A stretch of 64,000 nt of DNA from Saprospiraceae bacterium (lineage in GTDB: Bacteria > Bacteroidota > Bacteroidia > Chitinophagales > Saprospiraceae). The stretch spans positions 2,621-66,620 of the forward strand of contig JARGNR010000005.1 of the NCBI GenBank assembly GCA_029212405.1, in the 5' to 3' direction. This document shows, one piece after another, positions 41,260-49,175 of the stretch. The first letter of the stretch is position 1; each line of letters starts with the position of its first letter. Below the pieces are notes generated by a model. It was not told where the DNA came from. It searched no databases and saw nothing but the letters and a program-made list of their open reading frames with translations. A program made the translations under genes and the position numbers.

Positions 41260-42724
41260 ATGTATTATTTAAAGCAATTTTAATAAAATTCGGATTAATG
41301 TAGGACGGAACCAATCTATTGTTAATAATTAAAACTGGAAAGTAACCTCTCGTAAATTCAGAAATACCTTTCAAATTTTTAAAGTGTACATCTTTTCTAA
41401 TAATAAACTCATTCCCATTCTGTAATATATCTTTATCCTCAGACCATGTAGAAAAGATCTCATAAGAATCTTTAAAATTTCTTTCTTCTATAGCCTTACA
41501 TAATTGCGCATAATAGCGATTATTTTTTTTAGTCTCTTTAAAATTAACGAATACTTCCAATTTCATTGAGTCTGTAATGTTAAGAGCATTCAACATATGA
41601 AGCAACAGCTCTTTACAATGTTTACATCCTAAATTTAAAAATATTTTTACAGAAATTTGGTCATCAGTTTCATTCAGATCTGCTTGCTCCATTGGGGAAC
41701 TAATGTTCATAACGTTCCCAAAATTAGTCCAAGTATAAAATTGCTGAATATTGTATTCTTTCATTTTTTGTTCGTTATTTTCCTTTGAGACAATCTGAAA
41801 TGCAAAAACATACGACATCGCCATGAAAAACATAACATTCAATATTCCCAAATTATTCAATATAGCATAATCTACTATACCAATATCGTACAAAACATAC
41901 GTATTGATAATAACTGTGAAAGCTGCAATAATTAAGCATATTCGACAAAACTCCTTGTATATAAACAGCTGAAAAAACAATGACAACCCAACAATAAAAA
42001 AAGAGGTTACAACTATAATAATTCCAGCAATATTCGCTATTGGAAAACATAGAAGTGAATACAGACACCAAAAAATCGATGACGCTACAGCCATTATTTT
42101 TAAGTCTAGTCCATAGATATTGCTTTCTAAAATGTCATCACAACTGTCCTTCTCCCCACATATCTTATTTATTATGTTAAGACTTCTATCATTATTTCTG
42201 GATCTAAAAAAGAGTAAGATTGGCAGTAAGCTACAAATGGCAAATATTTGTAAAAAAAGTGTTCCTTGAAAATAGGAACACACCAACAATAAAATAATTA
42301 TTATGGCCAGACTGAATTTCAAAATATTGTCCGGCAAAAATGAATATTTGGTTCCAAAATCATTTGAACTAACTAAAGTAGTCCTATCAATATCTTCAAC
42401 TAGTATTTTTACAGGTATAAATTTATTTTTTAAACTAAGATTCAACTCAACTTCTTTATTTGTGGATATAGAATAAAGCATTACCGTATTACCGTTTTTA
42501 TAAGAAATGTAATACTCGCCTAAGTCATCAATAAGTATAGCCGTGACATCCCCCACCAACTCTAAATCAGCCTCGACAATCATGCACTTAACATTATGAC
42601 TGACTAATATTTTGTAGAGGTCTATAATAGATTCTACTCTTATACCGGATTCTGCATTATAACTTATATCAACGTTATAAATTTTGTATATTTTCTTTAC
42701 TATTTTTTCAGTGTCAATTGGCAT
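41252..42724 (-). CDS. VKOR-family membrane oxidoreductase with an N-terminal soluble domain and a C-terminal thioredoxin-like domain
   Basis: Start re-called to the ATG at 42724 (MPIDTEK); the ORF-track TTG start lies inside the terminator T-run. VKOR loop Cys pair CGEKDSC followed by ILESNIYG. TM CxxC in EFCRICLI. C-terminal thioredoxin-like LNLGCKHCKELL. Confidence 0.7.
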   Translation of the reverse strand: MPIDTEKIVKKIYKIYNVDISYNAESGIRVESIIDLYKILVSHNVKCMIVEADLELVGDVTAILIDDLGEYYISYKNGNTVMLYSISTNKEVELNLSLKNKFIPVKILVEDIDRTTLVSSNDFGTKYSFLPDNILKFSLAIIIILLLVCSYFQGTLFLQIFAICSLLPILLFFRSRNNDRSLNIINKICGEKDSCDDILESNIYGLDLKIMAVASSIFWCLYSLLCFPIANIAGIIIVVTSFFIVGLSLFFQLFIYKEFCRICLIIAAFTVIINTYVLYDIGIVDYAILNNLGILNVMFFMAMSYVFAFQIVSKENNEQKMKEYNIQQFYTWTNFGNVMNISSPMEQADLNETDDQISVKIFLNLGCKHCKELLLHMLNALNITDSMKLEVFVNFKETKKNNRYYAQLCKAIEERNFKDSYEIFSTWSEDKDILQNGNEFIIRKDVHFKNLKGISEFTRGYFPVLIINNRLVPSYINPNFIKIALNNTYE

Positions 42725-42742
42725 GTAATATTTTCTTTGATA

Positions 42743-42782
42743 CAAAAAAAAGAGGCAAAGAAGAAATGTTCTTTTTGCCTCT
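42743..42782 (-). terminator. intrinsic terminator/attenuator immediately after the precursor gene
   Basis: The minus-strand transcript has a 9-bp perfect stem agaggcaaa / tttgcctct (extendable with mismatches), followed by a T8 run. It lies between the precursor stop (42802) and the VKOR start (42724). Confidence 0.6.
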
Positions 42783-42801
42783 CTATTTTTATTCGGGTAT
42801 G

Positions 42802-42990
42802 TTACGGTCTACATTCTCCACTGATGTCGTATGTACCTGTACCATCACTATACCATCCTTCTGCACAATCATATACATCAACGGTAGCTCCGGTAGCACC
42901 AGATTTTGAATACTCTCTTGCTCCTCCAGTTAGTTTGTTCAATTCTTTTTTTGTAACTTTTAAAGCTGAAAACTGATTTAATTTTAACAT
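42802..42990 (-). CDS. RiPP/bacteriocin precursor peptide with a Bacteroidetes-type double-glycine leader
   Basis: Re-called from the 91-aa ORF 42802..43077. Sequence: MLKLNQFSALKVTKKELNKLTGG / AREYSKSGATGATVDVYDCAEGWYSDGTGTYDISGECRP. The leader ends in the ..L.K.EL..L.GG motif. An alternative ATG lies at 43020. Confidence 0.7.
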   Translation of the reverse strand: MLKLNQFSALKVTKKELNKLTGGAREYSKSGATGATVDVYDCAEGWYSDGTGTYDISGECRP

Positions 42991-43045
42991 AATTTGAAAA
43001 TTTATAATTGATCTCCTCATTTCACGGGTTTGGAGAATAGCCCGT

Positions 43046-43357
43046 TCATACGCATGATATTGTAAATGTAGGAACATGTTGTCCTAAAAAACTGGACACA
43101 ACTGATCTTCCTCCATATATTTTTGATTTATTTACGAAACCTATTGCCAAAGTTTTATCCTCTACATAATAGTAGCTTTTTCTACATGTACAATACTCGA
43201 TTTCTGCTCCCATACATTTCATAATATCCAAGATTTCATATATAGTAGATTTGGAAAGATTAGTTCGTCTAGCTAAATCCCTAGCAGATCCAGTGGCCTT
43301 CATTTTAATTAGCTGATCTATACGTTCTATAACTTGAATTTTTTCAAAAAACCTCAT
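43046..43357 (-). CDS. small winged-helix/HTH transcriptional regulator
   Basis: 103 aa. HTH segment GSARDLARRTNLSKSTIYEILDIM. Confidence 0.55.
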   Translation of the reverse strand: MRFFEKIQVIERIDQLIKMKATGSARDLARRTNLSKSTIYEILDIMKCMGAEIEYCTCRKSYYYVEDKTLAIGFVNKSKIYGGRSVVSSFLGQHVPTFTISCV

Positions 43358-43400
43358 ATTCTATCGTTTTAGTTTGTAATTGTTATGTATTATCGAAAGC

Positions 43401-44729
43401 TTAATGCTTTTTAAGTATTGAAAGAAATTGATTAAATATCCGTGAAAAAACAGTTTTATTTTCCGTTATCACCTCTGCCGTTACTGACATTTGAGGCTTA
43501 TATTGAATGGTATCTTGATAATCTGTGATAATCGTATTAGGAATCGGAATCTTCAATTCATACATTAATCTCCCATCTCTATTTTCTTCAGGAATTTTAC
43601 TAACAACACTAACCTTAGAAGTTAACACCCCATATTCTTTATAGGGATACCCATCAAACTTTATGATTACATCCTGACCTTTCTCCACCTTACCAATATT
43701 TACACCTGGGAATTCAGCAGTCACATAATTGATTTGATTATCAGTAGGTATTATATACCCTATGGCTTGACCCTGTTTTATATTTTTTTGATCAGAAACA
43801 CCTTTTAAATAGGTGACTTTCCCATCAATTGGAGCCTCAACAATATAGGTTTTATTCCAATTCTCTATGGATGTTTTTATTCTCGAAATTATTTCGGAAA
43901 TACTAAATGTATAATTTTGAAGTGCTTTTGATCTTTTTTGCTTTAAGTTTAGTTTTTCCATCTCTAACTGGTCTATTCTAATTCTATTTTGAATTAGAAT
44001 ATTATTCATTCCTTCAAATTGTCTCTCTTTTTGCAACAATACTGCATGAAATTTCTCAAACTCAGCTCTACTAATTGCACCTTCTATCTCTAATTTCTTG
44101 TTTCGTGAATAATCCACCCTAGACAGTTCAAGTTCTTTTCCATATATCTCCATTTCTTTATTATGTGAACCGTTAAGTACTCCTATTTTTTGAATTTCTC
44201 GATTAATATTATTGATTTGCTGAAAGACTATATCGTCTCTTAACGTTTGTTGTAATTCATTAAATCGTAATTCTAACGAAGCATAATCATTTTGTAATGA
44301 ACCCAACTGCAAACCTTTCACAAAGTCTAGCTGAAGCATCATTTTTATATCTTCAATGGTGTTATATTTTTTGATCCAATGTTCTAATTGTATGATTTGA
44401 GTCTGATCAGTAGTATTGTTTATAAATAAAACCGCTTCACCTTTTTTTACATTGCATCCCTCATGAGCATATATTCGCTCAATATAACCTGTTGATCTAC
44501 TTACCAACTCAATAGGTGGTGCATCAGATGTTAACACTCCTTCCCCTATAAGTTTATCAGGATATTCAAAATAACAAGACCCTGTAAGAAGTATAGAAGT
44601 CACGATAGCTACCATAGTAATTCCAGACCTTAATAACCACCCAGGTGGGTTTCCAATAAGGTCGTGTATTTGTGACTGGGCTGTGGTGTTTATTTCTGAA
44701 TTTGTATGTGTACTTTGAGGTATAGGCAT
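43401..44729 (-). CDS. HlyD-family secretion adaptor (membrane fusion protein)
   Basis: N-terminal TM segment, lipoyl-like hairpin (VKKGEAVLFI), long coiled coil and a beta-barrel C-terminus. Sits directly downstream of the C39 ABC exporter. Confidence 0.8.
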   Translation of the reverse strand: MPIPQSTHTNSEINTTAQSQIHDLIGNPPGWLLRSGITMVAIVTSILLTGSCYFEYPDKLIGEGVLTSDAPPIELVSRSTGYIERIYAHEGCNVKKGEAVLFINNTTDQTQIIQLEHWIKKYNTIEDIKMMLQLDFVKGLQLGSLQNDYASLELRFNELQQTLRDDIVFQQINNINREIQKIGVLNGSHNKEMEIYGKELELSRVDYSRNKKLEIEGAISRAEFEKFHAVLLQKERQFEGMNNILIQNRIRIDQLEMEKLNLKQKRSKALQNYTFSISEIISRIKTSIENWNKTYIVEAPIDGKVTYLKGVSDQKNIKQGQAIGYIIPTDNQINYVTAEFPGVNIGKVEKGQDVIIKFDGYPYKEYGVLTSKVSVVSKIPEENRDGRLMYELKIPIPNTIITDYQDTIQYKPQMSVTAEVITENKTVFSRIFNQFLSILKKH

Positions 44730-44844
44730 AATTTATATGAGATTTGATCTAACCAATAGATAAATATTGGACTGGAATACAGTTTCAAATTTTAAGCAGT
44801 TAATAAAATTGACTTGTTATAGCGAATTCATTTCCACTTTTCAT

Positions 44845-47034
44845 CTAACTCCCCAATTCCAATTGATTTTTAACTAATTCAAAATATTTTCCTTTCTTTT
44901 TAACTAATTTCTTGTGCTTTCCTACCTCAACAATTTCACCATTCTCTAACACAACTATTTGATCTGCATTCTTTACAGTGCTTAGTCTATGTGCCACTAC
45001 TATTGCAGTTCTACCATATAAAAACTTCTCCAAATTATTCATAATCACTCTCTCATTACTAGCATCTAAAGAATTTGTTGCTTCATCAAAAAATAGAAAT
45101 TCAGGGTTTTTGTACATTGCTCTCGCAATAAATAATCGCTGTTTCTGGCCTTGACTTATTCCATTCCCTTTAGGCCCAATCATCGTATTCAGCCCCAAAG
45201 GCAAATCTTTAATAAAATCCATAATGTTAGCTTGAACAGATGCTGCTAAAATCTTACTGGTATTCGCTGTATCATCACTCTCTGAAATATTATTTGCAAT
45301 TGTATCAGAAAATATAAAGCCTTCTTGCATTACAACTCCACATTGTTGCCTCCATATTTTCTTATAAATTGTATCAAGATCTTGTGCTCCCACCTTAATG
45401 ACACCTCTACTAGGCTTATAAAAGCCCAATAAAAGCTTGATTAGTGTGGTCTTTCCACTTCCACTAGAACCAACAATTGCAGTGGTCTTTCCTCGTGGAA
45501 TACACAAACTAATATCCTTTAACACCTCTTCCGAAATTGGAGTATAACGAAAACTCAAATTTTTAATCAAAATATCACCCTCCGGTATCACACTAATCTT
45601 TTGTTCATCCTCTTTTTCTTCATTCTCGGCACCATGAATTTCGGAAAGTCGTTCCAAGCTAATTTTAGCATCCTGCGCTGATCTAATAAAGCCAATCATT
45701 TGTTGTAGTGGTCCGTTTAATTGACCAATAATGTATTGTACAGCCAACATCATCCCTAAGGTCATTGAACCTTCTAGAACAAGTTTCGCGGCAAAGAATG
45801 TGATGACGATATCTTTCAACTGATTAATAGACAATGCTCCCGCATCTTGGTATTGAGATATACTCAATGATTTCATTTGTGTACGAAATAGCTTTGCTTG
45901 AATTCCCGCCCACTTCCATCGTCGTTTGAGTTGACTGCCCTGAAGTTTAATTTCTGACATACCTTGGATAATCTCAATGAGAGAATCTTGATTATCAGAA
46001 AATTGCTGAAATGCACGATAATCAACCTCTTTACGCATTCTTAGGAAAAAGAAAATCCACCCAACGTATAACATGGATGAAAATATGAAAATGAAAAAAA
46101 TAGTAGTGCTATATATTGCCAACACCACACCAAAAACTACTAAATTGGTTATAGACAATAAAACACTAAGACTTGAGTTAGTCAAGAATGACTCGATTCG
46201 TTTATGATCCCCTATTCGCTGAAGTAAATCACCCGTATTTTTTGAATCAAAAAAACCCAAAGGCAAGTGCATTAACTTTAAAAGAAAATCAGCTATTAAA
46301 CTGACATTTATACGAATACTAATATGTAACAATATCCAACTCTGAATGAAGCGAACCATAGTAGAACCAACAAACAATGCAAGTTGTCCAGCCAGTACCA
46401 AATAAATAAAATTTAAGTTCTTAGTATCTATTCCAATATCAACTAAACTCTGTGTTAAAAAGGGAAATATCAATTGAAAAACTGTTCCTAATAATAAACC
46501 TATTATCAACTGGAACATCAACTTTCGATGTGGTTTTAAATACTCAAAAAGAAATCCAAAACCTTTTTTCTCATTATCTTCTAAATCCCGTTTATGAAAA
46601 CCTATGGTTGGTTCAAGCAATAAAGCAACACCTTGATTGTTATCCGTAATCCATGACTTCTCAAACTCCTCTATTGATAACTTATGCTTGGAACTTGCAG
46701 GATCAGAAATATAAACATGAGATTTCGTTATCTTATATATAACAACAAAATGATTTTGATTCCAATGTCCAATACACGGCAATGGAGCTTCAGACAAAGA
46801 AGGCATATCTTTTTTTCCAGAAGTAGGTATCTTGACAGCCAAAGTTCTCAAGCCAATAAGTTCAGCTGCTTCACTTATCCCTTTCAAACTTACACCAGCC
46901 TTATCGATATAACACTTCTCTCTTAAAAATGGAAGCGAGTATGTTTTTCCGTGTGCCTTTGCAATCATACGCAAGCAGGTAGGGCCACAATCCATTGAAT
47001 CCAACTGGCGGTAATGTTTGAATTTATCTATCAT
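44845..47034 (-). CDS. peptidase C39 domain-containing ABC transporter (double-glycine leader cleavage and export)
   Basis: N-terminal C39 domain with catalytic Cys in QLDSMDCGPTCLRM. Six-TM domain. Walker A GSSGSGKTT, signature ISQGQKQR, Walker B FLFFDEATNSLD. Confidence 0.9.
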   Translation of the reverse strand: MIDKFKHYRQLDSMDCGPTCLRMIAKAHGKTYSLPFLREKCYIDKAGVSLKGISEAAELIGLRTLAVKIPTSGKKDMPSLSEAPLPCIGHWNQNHFVVIYKITKSHVYISDPASSKHKLSIEEFEKSWITDNNQGVALLLEPTIGFHKRDLEDNEKKGFGFLFEYLKPHRKLMFQLIIGLLLGTVFQLIFPFLTQSLVDIGIDTKNLNFIYLVLAGQLALFVGSTMVRFIQSWILLHISIRINVSLIADFLLKLMHLPLGFFDSKNTGDLLQRIGDHKRIESFLTNSSLSVLLSITNLVVFGVVLAIYSTTIFFIFIFSSMLYVGWIFFFLRMRKEVDYRAFQQFSDNQDSLIEIIQGMSEIKLQGSQLKRRWKWAGIQAKLFRTQMKSLSISQYQDAGALSINQLKDIVITFFAAKLVLEGSMTLGMMLAVQYIIGQLNGPLQQMIGFIRSAQDAKISLERLSEIHGAENEEKEDEQKISVIPEGDILIKNLSFRYTPISEEVLKDISLCIPRGKTTAIVGSSGSGKTTLIKLLLGFYKPSRGVIKVGAQDLDTIYKKIWRQQCGVVMQEGFIFSDTIANNISESDDTANTSKILAASVQANIMDFIKDLPLGLNTMIGPKGNGISQGQKQRLFIARAMYKNPEFLFFDEATNSLDASNERVIMNNLEKFLYGRTAIVVAHRLSTVKNADQIVVLENGEIVEVGKHKKLVKKKGKYFELVKNQLELGS

Positions 47035-47436
47035 CCTTTATTACAAGTTTAAACTAGTAATAAAATGCCTATACGATTATTTTACATTTATCGTTAAGTC
47101 GCTGCAATAGTGTTAATCTGTAGATGTAATTGGTCTACTGTACTACTAATCAGAGCCTATGTATTAGAAATAATCCAATGTTTCCGACTAGACTAAATCA
47201 AGGTTTGGAAAAGGCATTTTATGTATCGTGTAATTTAAATAGTATAGTGAGAAATTAAAACATAGAAGAATCCTTACCATTCTTCACAAACACTTCTTAA
47301 CACATCAAAAAATGTAATATTCTATCAAGCACTATGTACATATATACCACAAAATCTTTAAACGTAATCACTTCTTTTCAAAAACTGGAAAATATTTCAT
47401 ACAAAAATCAACTTCCATTTAAACTAAATATATAAC

Positions 47437-47470
47437 AAAAAAAGGCAATACTTTTACAAGTACTGCCTTT
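47437..47470 (-). terminator. rho-independent terminator of rplQ (end of the ribosomal super-operon)
   Basis: 12-bp stem with one mismatch (aaaggcagtact / agtattgccttt on the transcript), 6-nt loop, then a T-run. Confidence 0.6.
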
Positions 47471-47495
47471 CAATTATTTTAAAAACTCTGCGAGA

Positions 47496-47969
47496 TTATT
47501 CTTCCTCATTAGAAGCTACTGGTGGAGTGTTGGCACTTGATTTACCTTTTCCTCCTCTTCTGCTTCTTTTGCCCGATTTAGCAGCTGTCTTACCACCAGA
47601 AACATAATCTGTGTTAAAATCAACCAACTCAATCATTGCCATTTCAGCAGAATCACTTTTTCTAGCTCCTGTTCGTATAATACGTACATAACCACCTGGT
47701 CTATCAGCAATCTTATCTGCTACTACATCAAACAATTCTTTCACAACTTCCTTATTCATTAATCTAGAAAATACAACTCTTCTTGAGTGCGTTGTGTTTG
47801 TCTTAGATTTTGTGATAAGTGGCTCCACAAATACTCTTAAAGCTTTAGCCTTTGCTAGAGTAGTTGTAATTCTTTTGTGTGTAATAAGAGCCCCAGCCAA
47901 TGATTTCAACAATGCCTTTCTGTGCCCTTTCTTTCTCTTAAGGTGATTAAATTTCTTTCCGTGTCTCAT
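47496..47969 (-). CDS. rplQ: 50S ribosomal protein L17 (with a long basic/Gly-rich C-terminal tail)
   Basis: [21 protein letters not shown]... Last gene of the alpha operon. Confidence 0.95.
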   Translation of the reverse strand: MRHGKKFNHLKRKKGHRKALLKSLAGALITHKRITTTLAKAKALRVFVEPLITKSKTNTTHSRRVVFSRLMNKEVVKELFDVVADKIADRPGGYVRIIRTGARKSDSAEMAMIELVDFNTDYVSGGKTAAKSGKRSRRGGKGKSSANTPPVASNEEE

Positions 47970-48100
47970 TTCTTTTATGATTTACGTCCTGCCACTAACT
48001 ATTTACCTCTTTTACAGCTTTTAGAGAAATAAATAATCGTTTAGCAAATGATATAATTATATCCTGACCATTGTCAGAGCTGTGTGATACTAAAATTCAA

Positions 48101-49099
48101 TTAATCTTCGTCCAACTTATATTTAGACAAGTCCATTCCAAAAGTAAGGCCTTTATTCTGTAGCAACTCTTCGATCTCTACTAATGACTTCTTACCAAAG
48201 TTTCTGAACTTCAATAACTCATGAGTATCGTATCTAACCATCTCTCCTAAAGAGTTGATCTTAGCCGCTTTCAGACAGTTATACGCTCTTACAGACAAAT
48301 CAAGATCTTCAAGAGAAGTTTTAAGTAATTTACGCATATGTAATATGTGCTCATCTACTATATTCTCTTCTCTACTACTTGAATCATTAAATGTGATATT
48401 CTCATCTGTGATCAACATCAAATGTTGAATCATAATTCTAGAAGCTTCTTTAACCGCTTCTTCAGGATGAATCGTACCATCCGTTTTAACCTCAATAGTT
48501 AACTTCTCGTAATCTGTTCTCTGTCCAACTCTGGTATTTTCAATCTTATACGCTACTTTCTTAATAGGTGTATAGATTGCATCAACAGGAATTACTCCAA
48601 TCGGAGCATCTTTTGGCAAATTTTCATCAGCAGGAACATATCCTCTTCCTTTTGTAATAGTAAACTCGATTTCTAAGTTTACAGAGGGCTCCATTTGACA
48701 AATCAATAATTCAGGGTTCATCACCTTGAATATATTTGTACTAGATTCTATGTCACCAGCTAAAAATTGCTCTTTACCAGTTATAGTTAAATATATTTTT
48801 TCTTCACTATTGCTCTCATCAACAATCATTGGCTTTAATCTTACCTGCTTTAGGTTAAGAATAATGTCAACAACGTCTTGTACTACTCCTTGAATAGTTG
48901 AAAATTCGTGATCAACTCCTGCAATTCTAACCGCAGAAATTGAATACCCTTCTAGAGAGGACAATAATATTCTTCGTAGTGAATTTCCTATGGTTTGGCC
49001 AAAACCTGGCTCCAATGGTTTAAATTCAAAAGTACCGTCAAAATCATCTGCTTTTTGTAATAGTATTTTGTCAGGCTTCTGAAAATTTAGAATACTCAT
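48101..49099 (-). CDS. rpoA: DNA-directed RNA polymerase subunit alpha
   Basis: 332 aa. LEPGFGQTIGNSLRRILLSS and the C-terminal-domain motif LSVRAYNCLK. Confidence 0.95.
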   Translation of the reverse strand: MSILNFQKPDKILLQKADDFDGTFEFKPLEPGFGQTIGNSLRRILLSSLEGYSISAVRIAGVDHEFSTIQGVVQDVVDIILNLKQVRLKPMIVDESNSEEKIYLTITGKEQFLAGDIESSTNIFKVMNPELLICQMEPSVNLEIEFTITKGRGYVPADENLPKDAPIGVIPVDAIYTPIKKVAYKIENTRVGQRTDYEKLTIEVKTDGTIHPEEAVKEASRIMIQHLMLITDENITFNDSSSREENIVDEHILHMRKLLKTSLEDLDLSVRAYNCLKAAKINSLGEMVRYDTHELLKFRNFGKKSLVEIEELLQNKGLTFGMDLSKYKLDED

Positions 49100-49145
49100 T
49101 CTATCGTATTTTATGTATGAAAAGGAAATTAAATAAACAGGAATA

Positions 49146-49165
49146 GGCTATCCAAAAGGATAGCC
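49146..49165 (-). other. perfect 8-bp hairpin in the rpsD-rpoA spacer (possible internal attenuator or processing site)
   Basis: ggctatcc-aaaa-ggatagcc read directly. Only a weak T-tract follows on the minus strand. Confidence 0.3.
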
Positions 49166-49175
49166 AATTCTGATA

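Noticed and set aside
42718-42976. Two plus-strand ORFs (63 and 79 aa) opposite the precursor gene and terminator
   Set aside because: They are antisense to a well-supported peptide gene and hairpin. They are low-complexity and have no motifs.
42802-43077. Full-length 91-aa version of the precursor ORF (MFLHLQYHAYERAILQTREMRRS...)
   Set aside because: The first 29 codons overlap the 3' end of the HTH gene and have no leader-like features. The ATG at 42990 yields a canonical 23-aa GG leader. The ATG at 43020 remains a possible alternative.
33535-47495. Mobile genetic element or prophage interpretation of the accessory block
   Set aside because: No integrase, transposase, recombinase, tRNA target or terminal repeats were found by eye. 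It is reported only as an accessory block of unknown origin.
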